This document shows positions 9,627 through 19,625 of a DNA stretch of 64,000 nucleotides, piece by piece (position 1 is the first letter of the stretch; every line of letters starts with the position of its first letter). The position numbers and the translations under genes are program-made. Source of the DNA: Minisyncoccota bacterium (GTDB taxonomy: Bacteria; Patescibacteriota; Minisyncoccia; Phycocordibacterales; UBA9973); NCBI GenBank assembly GCA_041664465.1, contig JBAYKP010000001.1, forward strand, positions 4,204 through 68,203. The letters run 5' to 3'. Below the pieces are notes generated by a model. That model was not told the origin of the DNA, did no database searches, and saw only the letters and a program-made list of their open reading frames with translations.

Positions 9627-10874
9627 TTATGGTAAATATTTTGCCGGATTAAGATAAGCACTCAAAGCTGATATTGGCTGAGTGAAAATTTTACCATTAC
9701 AAGCCTTACTTGGGACTGTCGCGACGTTCACTCCCGCGGAAGCATAGACTGCTACGTGCAAATGAGGACCAGTGGATGAGCCAGTATTGCCTGATAAAGC
9801 GATGATATCTCCCGCTACGACTTTCTCTCCCACCGTTGTTTTTATTTCTGATAGGTGTCCATAAGTACTTGAAAGGCCATTGTTGTATTTAATAAATACC
9901 CATTTACCGAAGGAGGCTCCTTTACAAGCGATGTCGGTATCTCCGGTGCCTAATACCGTTCCTGTCGCCATTGCTTTTACGGGAGTCCCCACTTTAGCTC
10001 TAAAGTCTAGACCATAATGGAATCTACCCCATCTTGATCCATAAGGTGAAGTGATAGTGATACTACTAAGTGGCCACGATAATACCCCTGAGCCTTCCCT
10101 AGGTATAGATTTAGGATTTAAAATAAATTGCAATTGAGATTCATAATCTAGAATAGACTTTTCAAAAGCGTCTTTCCTCTTTTGTTGTTCGGCGAGCATC
10201 TTTTGATATAGAGATTCTTTGTTTTTTGTTATAACCAAAAGATTATCCTTTTCTTTTTTATTGGCCGTTATTTCTAATTCTTTAGCAGTGAGAGTTTTCT
10301 TCAAGGTCTTCAAGACATTTTGCTCGTCTTCTTTTTTAACTTTAGATACAGTTAGATCTTCTTTCTGTTTTGTCACATTATTTATATTTTCTTTGATGTC
10401 TCTATTGATACCTATGACGTTATTGTATTCACGACTCATATCACTTAGATTATCTTGTGATAAGAACTTTTGGACAAAGCTTTGCTCATCTTGATGATAT
10501 AAATCTTTCAATAAAACAGACAAAGATGCTCTTGATTTGTCCAAGATATCATTTTTAGTACCTATTTCATTATCCAAAGTCTTTATCACAAGACCTGTGG
10601 CAGTGATTTTCTTTTCTGTTTGTTGTCGTTCTTTTACAAGCTTATTTTTCTTAAGAGTTAAATCCTTTATAGCATTTGCTAAAGTTTTCTTCTGCTCGGC
10701 AGTCACAGCTATTTGGCCTGATAAAGCCTCAATCTCTTTATTGATTTTTTCAATTTCACTATTGGCAGTATTTATTTGATTTCGGAGTTCACTTTCCGTT
10801 TCTGCATACGAAAATGACGAAAAAGCCAAAAGAGATAATATAACAAAAATTGTGCCGAAAATAATTTTCTTCAT
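9627..10874 (-). CDS. Secreted coiled-coil M23 peptidase (EnvC/MepM-like)
   Basis: Signal peptide, long coiled coil, HYGLD, YGHL and GPHLH zinc motifs. Confidence 0.88.
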   Translation of the reverse strand: MKKIIFGTIFVILSLLAFSSFSYAETESELRNQINTANSEIEKINKEIEALSGQIAVTAEQKKTLANAIKDLTLKKNKLVKERQQTEKKITATGLVIKTLDNEIGTKNDILDKSRASLSVLLKDLYHQDEQSFVQKFLSQDNLSDMSREYNNVIGINRDIKENINNVTKQKEDLTVSKVKKEDEQNVLKTLKKTLTAKELEITANKKEKDNLLVITKNKESLYQKMLAEQQKRKDAFEKSILDYESQLQFILNPKSIPREGSGVLSWPLSSITITSPYGSRWGRFHYGLDFRAKVGTPVKAMATGTVLGTGDTDIACKGASFGKWVFIKYNNGLSSTYGHLSEIKTTVGEKVVAGDIIALSGNTGSSTGPHLHVAVYASAGVNVATVPSKACNGKIFTQPISALSAYLNPAKYLP

Positions 10875-10907
10875 CAATACCTTTATTATACTACATATTG
10901 TGCTACT

Positions 10908-12239
10908 TTATGAATTTAGAAGAGAAATAGCTTTATTTAGACGAGTTATAGTCTCATTTTTACCTAAAATATCAGCTAGGATGAATGGATCTGGTGATTT
11001 ATCAAGACCAGAAAGAGCAAAACGCACTGGATGCAGAATTTGTCCTCTGTTTTCTAGGCTATCTGCAATCTCCATTAAGAATATTTTAATATTTTCTTTA
11101 GTAAACTGTGCCTCATCCGTTTTAGATATAATCTCTAGTGCACTTTTTAGATTTGTTATTATTGTCTCTTTATTTGTATTTTTATATATTAATTTTTCTT
11201 TATCATAAACAGGCTCTTTATAAAAGAAATCAAGTTCACCACTCTCTACCATTCCTTTTATATCTCCAAATTTTGAGATTCTTTCTGTAATTACGGGGAT
11301 AATTTTTTTAATTTGGAGTTCTTTAGGAAGCCAAGCAAATACATATTTTTCTAATTCATCATCTCCTAGAAGTTTAATATATTCTTTATTTATCCAATCA
11401 AGTTTGTCTGGATTAAATACGCCTCCTCCTTTTTGAACCTTAGAAATATCAAATAATTTTGTAAGTTCATCCAATGTAAATATTTCTTTTTCTCCACCCG
11501 GATTCCATCCATTTAATGCCATAAAATTTAAAATAGCCCCTGGAAGATATCCAACTTTTTTGTATTCTATGGCAGGCATTACCGTCTCATCTCTTTTTGA
11601 AAGTTTGGCTCTTTCACTGTTTAGTATGAGTGGTAAGTGTGCATATATAGGTCTTGGTGCACCAATAGCTTCCCCAATTAATATTTGTCGTGGAGTATTG
11701 GGAGTATGCTCTTGTCCTCTGATGACGTGAGTCACACCCATTTCAAAATCATCAATAACAACAGTTAAATGATACAAGGGTTCATCCATATCTCGAGCGA
11801 TTACAAAATCCCCTAAATCAGTCGTATCAAAAGTTATCTCTCCTAGAATTAAATCATTAAAGGTAATTTTTTTATTGGGATTTTTAAAGCGGATAACTTC
11901 TGCTCTCTGTCCTTCTTCAGTTGGTGTTTCTTTTGATATATAAGCATATCCATCGCTAATCATTTTAGCTAGATATTTTTGATGTATTTCTAATCGATCA
12001 GATTGTCTAAAAAATAAATCATGTTTTAATCCAAGCCAATCAAAAAGTTCTAAAAATTCATCCTCATATTCTTTTTTTGATCTGGCTTTATCAGTATCTT
12101 CTGACCTTAATATATATGTACCATTATTTTGTCGTGCAAATATAAAATTATACAATGCACTTCTAACCCCACCGACATGAAAACGGCCTGTCGGAGACGG
12201 AGCAAAACGGGTAACAACTTTTTTTGTATTATTTTCCAT
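10908..12239 (-). CDS. gltX: Glutamate--tRNA ligase
   Basis: RFAPSPTG, HVGG, EDTD and KLSKR motifs. Confidence 0.95.
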   Translation of the reverse strand: MENNTKKVVTRFAPSPTGRFHVGGVRSALYNFIFARQNNGTYILRSEDTDKARSKKEYEDEFLELFDWLGLKHDLFFRQSDRLEIHQKYLAKMISDGYAYISKETPTEEGQRAEVIRFKNPNKKITFNDLILGEITFDTTDLGDFVIARDMDEPLYHLTVVIDDFEMGVTHVIRGQEHTPNTPRQILIGEAIGAPRPIYAHLPLILNSERAKLSKRDETVMPAIEYKKVGYLPGAILNFMALNGWNPGGEKEIFTLDELTKLFDISKVQKGGGVFNPDKLDWINKEYIKLLGDDELEKYVFAWLPKELQIKKIIPVITERISKFGDIKGMVESGELDFFYKEPVYDKEKLIYKNTNKETIITNLKSALEIISKTDEAQFTKENIKIFLMEIADSLENRGQILHPVRFALSGLDKSPDPFILADILGKNETITRLNKAISLLNS

Positions 12240-12246
12240 ATTATTT

Positions 12247-13377
12247 TTATAATTCTTCGTGAGATTGAGCTATTTTAATAGCTTCGGTTGCTATCTTTTC
12301 GGCGGCATCGGGCGAAGCAAAAGCAAGAGCACTTTGTTTCATCTGCGCTAGCTTTTCTTTGTTATTAATAAGTTTATCTATTTCGGAAATTAATAAATGT
12401 GGAGTTAGGTTTGCTTCATCTATAACTTCACAAGCTCCAGTTCTTGCATAATTATATGCGTTTTTTCTTTGATGATCACCATTGGAATTTGTAATAGGAA
12501 TTATGATGGATGGTATCCCCCACGAAGCTATTTCAAATATTGCAGAGCCTGCTCTCGATACTATAATAGTAGCGACGCCAGCTGCCATACGAGTAGCAAG
12601 ATTATTCAAATATGGTAATGGCACATAGCGGGTAATATTGTCGTTATTTTCCATTACAAGTTTGGATCTAGATAGAACATCGTTTATATTATTTGTGCCA
12701 GTTTGATGAATTATCTGATACTTAGAAAGTAGATCAGGTAGGATTTCTATGAAAACATTATTTATTATTTCTGCTCCCTGTGATCCACCTAAAACTAAAA
12801 TAACTGGTAAGTCAGAATTCAATTTGAAGAATTCATGAGCCCCGATACTGTCTCCATGCAAGATATTTTTCCTTATTGGTTGGCCGGTAAGAGCTGTCTT
12901 TTCTTTGGGTAAATATTCTATTGCCTCTGGCCAAGAGATGGCCACCTTTTGTGCAAATTTGGCAGTCCAAACATTGAGTCTCCCTGGGTATGAATCTGAT
13001 TCGTGAACTATAACAGGTATTCGGAGAAGCTTGGCAGCAAAGACTGCGGGGAAAGCTGCATAGCCACCTTTTGAAATGACAACATCAGGATAAATAAAAA
13101 ACATAGATAAGAATCCAAAGAACATACCCGTGGCTGTAGAAAAGAAATCAAAAAAGTTTCTAATAGAAAAGTAAGTGCGCATTTTGCCAGCCGGAATCTG
13201 GACGTAGGTAATGCTATTCTCGAAAAGCATACGTTTGTCGTATGGAGAATCAGACATATAATAAAGCTTCAAGTCTATAATCTTTTCTTTATCTGCTACT
13301 TCAATTAATTTCTCAGCAATAGCAATAAGAGGATAAAAGTGCCCCCCAGTCCCCCCTCCTGTAAGTAATATTTTCAT
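12247..13377 (-). CDS. murG: Lipid I N-acetylglucosaminyltransferase
   Basis: TGGGTGGH, GGY, HES, GGSQGA, SRAG and HQRKNA motifs. Confidence 0.94.
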   Translation of the reverse strand: MKILLTGGGTGGHFYPLIAIAEKLIEVADKEKIIDLKLYYMSDSPYDKRMLFENSITYVQIPAGKMRTYFSIRNFFDFFSTATGMFFGFLSMFFIYPDVVISKGGYAAFPAVFAAKLLRIPVIVHESDSYPGRLNVWTAKFAQKVAISWPEAIEYLPKEKTALTGQPIRKNILHGDSIGAHEFFKLNSDLPVILVLGGSQGAEIINNVFIEILPDLLSKYQIIHQTGTNNINDVLSRSKLVMENNDNITRYVPLPYLNNLATRMAAGVATIIVSRAGSAIFEIASWGIPSIIIPITNSNGDHQRKNAYNYARTGACEVIDEANLTPHLLISEIDKLINNKEKLAQMKQSALAFASPDAAEKIATEAIKIAQSHEEL

Positions 13378-13402
13378 AACCTATATTTTAACTTATTTTT
13401 TA

Positions 13403-14518
13403 TTATTTTTCCAGTTTTTCTTTCCTTTGGAATTTTGAGATATTGAGTATTATCCCCATAAGGCCTATATCAAGAAGTAGGGCCGTACCACCATGAGACA
13501 TAAAGACAAGTGGAACACCGGTCAATGGGAAGACCCCAATAATAGAAGCAATATTCATGAAAGATTGGGCGGTGATGATTGTGATGATTCCTATGACAAA
13601 AAGTTTACTGAAAGAGTCTGGAGCATTATATGCAATACGAAATCCACGCATTGCGAATGCAACATAAAGACAAATGATTAAAACTGAGCCAATGAATCCG
13701 ACTTCCTCTCCTACGACAGCAAAGATAGAGTCCCCTTGTGGCTCTGGCAAATAATTAAACTTCTGAATACTTTGCCCCAAGCCTCGTCCTGCAATTCCCC
13801 CAGAGCCTATAGCTATTAAGGATTGTTGTATTTGGTAAGATGAGCTACTACCATTTAGACTTGGATTTAAGAAAGTATTTATTCTACTTTTCAAATATGG
13901 AGTAGTGAAAGCAAGAATAATGAAAGCTAAAGCTGAGACGCCGATCATCCCTAGTATCCACTTCCAAGAAGTTCCCGAAACGAAAAGCATTACAAGCCCT
14001 GTGGCAGTAATAAGGATTAAACTTTTCGTATCTGGCTGATTTATCAGTATAGCTGTAATGATTCCTAACAATAAAATAAGTGGAAATATTCCAAAACGAA
14101 TATCTTGCACCCGACCCTTCACCCAAGAAAGCCACGTAGCAAAATAAATAACGAATCCTATTTTTAGAAATTCTACAGGTTGTAACGACATTCCGAAAAT
14201 ATTTATCCATCGACGTGATCCTCCGTGAGCAAAGCCAAGTCCCGGAACGAAAACCAAAGTAGTAATGACAATAGAAGCTATAAATATAGGGATAGAATAT
14301 CGCCTCCAGAATTTATATGGAATACGAAGTCCGAAATACAAAGCGACTAATCCTCCTACAAGACCGAAGATTAATTGATTGAACATCACAGCATAAAATT
14401 TGGATTCATTTTTATTTAGAATTCCTAATGAAGCAGAGACAAACATAATTACCCCAATGATTATAAGGGAGCTTACTATGCCCAAAAATATTCTGTCTAT
14501 TTTATTATTTATAGCCAT
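13403..14518 (-). CDS. ftsW: SEDS-family peptidoglycan polymerase FtsW
   Basis: RRWI, QPVEFLK, YQIQQS, DSIFAVVGEE and PLTGVPL; located between mraY and murG. Confidence 0.9.
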   Translation of the reverse strand: MAINNKIDRIFLGIVSSLIIIGVIMFVSASLGILNKNESKFYAVMFNQLIFGLVGGLVALYFGLRIPYKFWRRYSIPIFIASIVITTLVFVPGLGFAHGGSRRWINIFGMSLQPVEFLKIGFVIYFATWLSWVKGRVQDIRFGIFPLILLLGIITAILINQPDTKSLILITATGLVMLFVSGTSWKWILGMIGVSALAFIILAFTTPYLKSRINTFLNPSLNGSSSSYQIQQSLIAIGSGGIAGRGLGQSIQKFNYLPEPQGDSIFAVVGEEVGFIGSVLIICLYVAFAMRGFRIAYNAPDSFSKLFVIGIITIITAQSFMNIASIIGVFPLTGVPLVFMSHGGTALLLDIGLMGIILNISKFQRKEKLEK

Positions 14519-14529
14519 TTGTAAAAACT

Positions 14530-15588
14530 TTAACTTATAATAAAAATTATAACACCTAAGATTGCTGTCATGATACTGACGATCCAATAACGCATTGTCA
14601 CTTTATATTTAGGCCAACCTAGAGCTTCAAAATGATGATGAAGAGGAGCAAAAAGAAAGACTTTTTTACCATTTCGCCACTTCCTAGAAGCTATTTGTAT
14701 CACGTTAGAAAGAGATGTAATGAAAAGTGGAAATGCAATAATAGGCAGAAGGAGAACTGTATTGGTCAAGAAAGCAATCACAGATAAAGTGACAGTGAGC
14801 CCTATCATCCCCGTCTCTCCCATATAGAAACGTGCTGGTGGAATATTAAACCACAAGAAAGCAAGAGTTCCCCCAGTAATAACCGCACAGAAGGCTGCTA
14901 AATCTATCTGATTATTAAAGAAAGCGATAAGAGTATACGCCATGAAGATGGAGGCTAGTACTCCACCTGAAAGCCCATCTATTCCATCTATGACACTTGA
15001 TGACCAGAGAGATAACATAATAAGAATAAAAAATGGAATAAAAAAATATCCTAAATTTATAAAACCATACCAAGGTATATATAAAGAAGATTCCCCTAAT
15101 TTTATATAAAACCATAAACTGATGATAATTCCCAAGAGCAATATAATCCCTATTTTTATATATCTTAATATTATCGGATCGGTCGTCCACTTACCACGGC
15201 CGAAAATTTGCAAGAAATCATCTCCTAGTCCGACAAGAGAAGCTATAATTAGAGTGAAGAATGGTAATAGAGTCTCTCTACGACTAATGAAATACATCTT
15301 GTTTGAATAATCACTTATGAAAAAATAATCTATAAAGCTCACAATTGCCAAAGTTAAAATTACTGAAATCCAAATAATCATTCCCCCTGTGCGTGGAGTT
15401 CTGATCTCAGCTTGGCCATCATGAATTTTAGAAAAACCGGTAGCTTCTTTTTCTGGAAGATTATTATCTCTTCTAATTCTGCGCCACATTCTGTATTTAT
15501 AGAAATAATGCGTAGCAATAGGAGTAAGTGTAATCCCCATTACGAAGCTTATAAAAGCGGGCAAGAAAATTTTAATAGCGTTAGACAT
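14530..15588 (-). CDS. mraY: Phospho-N-acetylmuramoyl-pentapeptide transferase
   Basis: TPRTGG, GLGDD, DGIDGL, FYMGETG and APLHHHFE motifs. Confidence 0.93.
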   Translation of the reverse strand: MSNAIKIFLPAFISFVMGITLTPIATHYFYKYRMWRRIRRDNNLPEKEATGFSKIHDGQAEIRTPRTGGMIIWISVILTLAIVSFIDYFFISDYSNKMYFISRRETLLPFFTLIIASLVGLGDDFLQIFGRGKWTTDPIILRYIKIGIILLLGIIISLWFYIKLGESSLYIPWYGFINLGYFFIPFFILIMLSLWSSSVIDGIDGLSGGVLASIFMAYTLIAFFNNQIDLAAFCAVITGGTLAFLWFNIPPARFYMGETGMIGLTVTLSVIAFLTNTVLLLPIIAFPLFITSLSNVIQIASRKWRNGKKVFLFAPLHHHFEALGWPKYKVTMRYWIVSIMTAILGVIIFIIS

Positions 15589-16120
15589 TGTCTTCGTTTT
15601 GATTTATTACATCTGTTAAAGATGCGACCACTTGCTCATAATTTGGTAATTGATCAATAGATGTGATGCCCATATAAGAAAGCGTATCGAAAGTCGGCTT
15701 GTAAAGCATCCTTCTACTATCTTTACTATCTACTACTCTTTCTATTAAGCCTCTCACAAGTAAATTACGAAGGATGAAGCTGGAATTTACTCCACGGATG
15801 TAGTCTATCTCGCTTCTTGATATTTCATTTTTATATAAGATTATAGTTAGAGTTTCAAGTGAAGCCTTGGAAAGCTCTTTCCCTATTTCTTCCTTACGGA
15901 TAGATTCTATCAAAGTTGCAAGCTCACTTGTTATGCCGAGCATCACTCTATCATCCTTACGGATAAGAACAATTCCACGATGAGAAAGTGACATTTCAAG
16001 CTTCCCTAAGGCTTCTATTATTTCTTCCTCTTTCACGTTTAAAAGCTCTGCCAATTTTTTAATAGTGACATCTTCCCCTTTATAAAAAAGTAACCCTTCA
16101 ATTTTTGATTCTAATTCCAT
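15581..16120 (-). CDS. scpB: SMC-Scp complex subunit ScpB
   Basis: LSKASLETL, IDYIRGVNS and LLVRGLI motifs. Confidence 0.92.
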   Translation of the reverse strand: MELESKIEGLLFYKGEDVTIKKLAELLNVKEEEIIEALGKLEMSLSHRGIVLIRKDDRVMLGITSELATLIESIRKEEIGKELSKASLETLTIILYKNEISRSEIDYIRGVNSSFILRNLLVRGLIERVVDSKDSRRMLYKPTFDTLSYMGITSIDQLPNYEQVVASLTDVINQNEDNV

Positions 16121-16125
16121 ATGTT

Positions 16126-16875
16126 TTATTGGCCTATATTTTTATTCATTTCTATGTCTCCAAAAGAAGCATTTTGAATGACGTCTATTAATCCTTCCCT
16201 TACCAATTCTAGCATAGCTAGGAATGAAACGATAACATGGACTCTGGCTTCTTCTTTATCCCCTGCTCCGTGACTTTGAGAAAATTCGCGGAAAGAAATA
16301 TTCATAGCATTTTGAATTCTATCAGTCAGACTGTTTATAATCTCGTCTATATTTATTATCTTTTTAATTTCTACTTCGGGCAATTTCACTTCTTTCTTAG
16401 GAACTTGCAAGAGGACATTTGCTATTGATTTCCCTATATTGGCAACAGTGATAATAGGATCAGGAGAAAAGAGTGGCTCATTCCAAACACGCTCACAAGG
16501 AGTGAAGATAATATTAGTTCCGAAATTATTCTTTATATCAATACTGGCATTTTTAATAGTCTGATAAAGTCGTAGTCTCTTTTCTAAATCTACTATTTTC
16601 TCTGTCTCATCTTCTGTTAAGCTTAGATTGGGCAATAAAGATTTTGACTTGATTAAGATTAAAGTGGCCGCAACTAAAATAAAATAAGATACATCATTGA
16701 TACTTCTAGACTCTTCGCCTAGAGACTTCACATGGGCTATGTAGTCATTGGTTACATCTGCGAGCGATATTTCATTCACGAAAAGCTTTCTTTGCTCTAT
16801 AAGAGAAAGGAGAAGCTCAAGTGGTCCTTCAAAAGTATTTTGTTTTACTTTATATTGTGAAATAATTTCAGGCAT
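16126..16875 (-). CDS. scpA: Segregation/condensation protein ScpA
   Basis: FEGPLELLLSLI, IKSKSLLP and FLAMLEL motifs. Confidence 0.92.
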   Translation of the reverse strand: MPEIISQYKVKQNTFEGPLELLLSLIEQRKLFVNEISLADVTNDYIAHVKSLGEESRSINDVSYFILVAATLILIKSKSLLPNLSLTEDETEKIVDLEKRLRLYQTIKNASIDIKNNFGTNIIFTPCERVWNEPLFSPDPIITVANIGKSIANVLLQVPKKEVKLPEVEIKKIINIDEIINSLTDRIQNAMNISFREFSQSHGAGDKEEARVHVIVSFLAMLELVREGLIDVIQNASFGDIEMNKNIGQ

Positions 16876-16888
16876 TTATTTATTTTAA

Positions 16889-18310
16889 TTAATTTTTTTT
16901 GTTTATACTTATTCCTAATTCTTTTAATTGCTTATCAGAAACAGAAGATGGAGATTCCATCATTAAATCCTTTCCTTCACCTGTTTTAGGGAAAGCAATA
17001 ACTTCACGGATATTTGGTTCATTTTCTAGAAGCATTATTAGTCTATCAAAACCCCAAGCAATGCCACCGTGAGGAGGTGTACCGCTTTGAAATGCATTTA
17101 ACATATGTCCAAAATTTCTTTCTATGTCATCATCTTTATGCCCAATAATGTTTAGAACTTTATGAAGAGTTTCTGCTTGATGGGCTCTTATACTACCACC
17201 ACCTATTTCATAACCGTTGAGAGTTATATCATATTGAGTTGTTAGAATATTTCCAAGATTTTTTCCTTCGAGCAACCATTCTTTATGTTCTTTAATTGGC
17301 TCAGAAAATGGATTATGTGTGAAAGTCCACTCTCCTTCTGTATTTGGATTATCTGATTTATCTGTTCTTTCAAAAAATGGGAATTCTATAATCCAACAAA
17401 AAGCTAGTGAGTCAGGATCATTTTTATCTGTGCGTACGTCTGGTCTATCATTACCATATTTTTCCATTGCATCTTTATAAGTAATTCTTGGGAATGGAAT
17501 CTCTTGAATTTTCTTATGAGGATAAAGTTTTGTAACTAATTCAATCAAAAGACGTTCATTTACTTCCATAACATCCTCTTTTTCAACAAAACTCATCTCC
17601 ATATCAAGTTGAGTAAATTCTGGTTGACGATCTCCACGGGTATCTTCATCTCGCATACAACGAGCAATCTGAAAATATTTTTCCATTCCACTTGCCATTA
17701 AAAGTTGTTTGTATTGTTGAGGTGATTGAGGAAGAGCATAAAATGTTCCTTGGTATAAACGTGAAGGGACAATAAAATCTCTTGCTCCTTCTGGGGTAGA
17801 TTTGGTTAAAATTGGGGTTTCTATTTCAATAAAGTTTTCTCTATCAAGAAAATCTCTTACAAATTTTGCAACATGATGACGATTACGAATATTTTTCTGC
17901 ATTCTAGGTCTACGTAAATCTAAATATCTATATTTAAGTCTACTTTCTTCGCCTATCTCTTTCCCATCAGAAGTCACGTCAAAGTTAGGAGTATTAGCTT
18001 TATTTAATATTTCCATATTAGTTATTTCAAGTTCTATATCTCCATTTAAAACTCCTTCTTTAATATTTCTTTCTGGACGTTTATTTATAATACCTTTGAT
18101 ATTTAAAACCCATTCTGTTCGCACTTCTTTTACTTGTTCCATAGCTTCGCTATGATTTGGTAAAATCACGCATTGTACAAGACCAGTCATATCTCTCATA
18201 TCCATAAAGACTAGTTTCCCTTGATCACGTCTTACGTCTACCCAGCCAGCAATTATAACCTCTTGCCCAACAAAATCTTTTAAGTTTTTTATATAAATAC
18301 GGTTTTTCAT
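16889..18310 (-). CDS. aspS: Aspartate--tRNA ligase, short form lacking the GAD insertion
   Basis: OB fold, YRYLDLR, STPEGARD, LPQSPQ, RQPEFTQLD and PPHGG; about 473 aa. Confidence 0.93.
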   Translation of the reverse strand: MKNRIYIKNLKDFVGQEVIIAGWVDVRRDQGKLVFMDMRDMTGLVQCVILPNHSEAMEQVKEVRTEWVLNIKGIINKRPERNIKEGVLNGDIELEITNMEILNKANTPNFDVTSDGKEIGEESRLKYRYLDLRRPRMQKNIRNRHHVAKFVRDFLDRENFIEIETPILTKSTPEGARDFIVPSRLYQGTFYALPQSPQQYKQLLMASGMEKYFQIARCMRDEDTRGDRQPEFTQLDMEMSFVEKEDVMEVNERLLIELVTKLYPHKKIQEIPFPRITYKDAMEKYGNDRPDVRTDKNDPDSLAFCWIIEFPFFERTDKSDNPNTEGEWTFTHNPFSEPIKEHKEWLLEGKNLGNILTTQYDITLNGYEIGGGSIRAHQAETLHKVLNIIGHKDDDIERNFGHMLNAFQSGTPPHGGIAWGFDRLIMLLENEPNIREVIAFPKTGEGKDLMMESPSSVSDKQLKELGISINKKN

Positions 18311-18339
18311 TTTTATTTTTTTTAAAAACAATTAATAAT

Positions 18340-18552
18340 TTAATGCACAAGTCCTCCAAGTATTTCGCACGGATAACCAATTATAAATGTAAGCGCTACT
18401 AGTATCCAGTAAAACGGGGCAAAGGCAAAGTAGACAATCTTGTCCTTTTTCCACATTGGCAGATACCACTTTTGTACTCTCATATAGAGCATATTGAGTG
18501 GAACATTCACAAGATTGAGAACCACGAGTATTATAGCAAATATAAATTTCAT
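18340..18552 (-). CDS. Small membrane protein (70 aa)
   Basis: Two hydrophobic segments; ATGA overlap with the trpS stop. Confidence 0.6.
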   Translation of the reverse strand: MKFIFAIILVVLNLVNVPLNMLYMRVQKWYLPMWKKDKIVYFAFAPFYWILVALTFIIGYPCEILGGLVH

Positions 18553-19520
18553 AAATTTACGCCTACATTATTTCTAATAATTTGTATTTTATCTTTAATA
18601 TTATTTTTGGCTTTTTCTCCACCTTCTTTCAATATCTTTTTTACTTCATCTATATTCTTTTCATAATATTCTCTCTTCTCTCGCATAGGTTTGATGAAAG
18701 ATATTATTTCTTCATAAAGCATATCTTTGGATTCTTTGTAGCCGAGTCCACCATCTATATATCTTTTTCTTAAATTTTCTAATTTTTCACCTTTCAAAAA
18801 TAGTTTATGAATTGCAAAAATATTGCATTCTTCTGGATTTTTTTTATCAGTTGGTGCTTTTGAATCTGTTACTATACCCATAACCGCTTTTTTTATTTGT
18901 TCATCGGTACCAAAAAGTGGAATAGTATTGCCGTAACTTTTGCTCATTTTCCTGCCGTCTATTCCTGGGACAATTGCCACATCTTTGAGAATCAAGGCCT
19001 CTGGTAGTTTGAAAGTTTCTCCAAATGCATTATTGAATTTGATAGCTGTATCACGAGCGTATTCTACGTGCTGTTTCTGATCAGATCCTACGGGGACGAC
19101 ATCGGCATCTTGTATTAAAATATCGGCAGCCATAAGAATCGGATAATCAAAAAGTCCGACGTTTATTTCTTTCGCTTTCATATGAGCGTCTTTATAAGCT
19201 GTTGCTCTCTCTAAATAAGGTACTGTGGTAATGCAATTAAAGTACCACGCCAGCTCTGCTACTTCAGGAATATCAGACTGCTTGAATAGACAAACTTTCT
19301 TTGGATCAAGTCCGCAAGCTAGATAATCCATAGCCACATTTAGAATATTTTTAGACAAAACTTCTTTGTTTTGTATAGTTGTTATAGCATGTAAATCAGC
19401 TATAAATACGAAAGAGTCGTATTCTTCTTGTAAATCTACGAACTGCTTTATGGCTCCAAAGTAGTTGCCAATATGTATAATTCCAGAGGGTTGGATGCCC
19501 GATAATAAACGTTTTTTCAT
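18549..19520 (-). CDS. trpS: Tryptophan--tRNA ligase
   Basis: SGIQPSG, HIGN, YPILMAADIL and KMSKS motifs. Confidence 0.96.
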   Translation of the reverse strand: MKKRLLSGIQPSGIIHIGNYFGAIKQFVDLQEEYDSFVFIADLHAITTIQNKEVLSKNILNVAMDYLACGLDPKKVCLFKQSDIPEVAELAWYFNCITTVPYLERATAYKDAHMKAKEINVGLFDYPILMAADILIQDADVVPVGSDQKQHVEYARDTAIKFNNAFGETFKLPEALILKDVAIVPGIDGRKMSKSYGNTIPLFGTDEQIKKAVMGIVTDSKAPTDKKNPEECNIFAIHKLFLKGEKLENLRKRYIDGGLGYKESKDMLYEEIISFIKPMREKREYYEKNIDEVKKILKEGGEKAKNNIKDKIQIIRNNVGVNL

Positions 19521-19625
19521 ATACTCTATATAATATCAAAAAATAGAAAGTTTTGCACATATTAAACACAGAGTTATCCGAATTCGTCAATTTGCAATAT
19601 TTTTTACTGTGATACAATGGAGCCT

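Noticed and set aside
9503-9627. tRNA-Leu as an integration site
   Set aside because: No integrase or duplicated tRNA 3' end seen in the window.
16889-18310. Short AspRS (and AlaRS ending after the editing domain) as pseudogenes
   Set aside because: Catalytic motifs and reading frames are intact; consistent with streamlined forms.
18549-18551. TGA recoding (genetic code 25)
   Set aside because: TGA ends full-length trpS with an ATGA overlap, and no conserved gene needs TGA readthrough.
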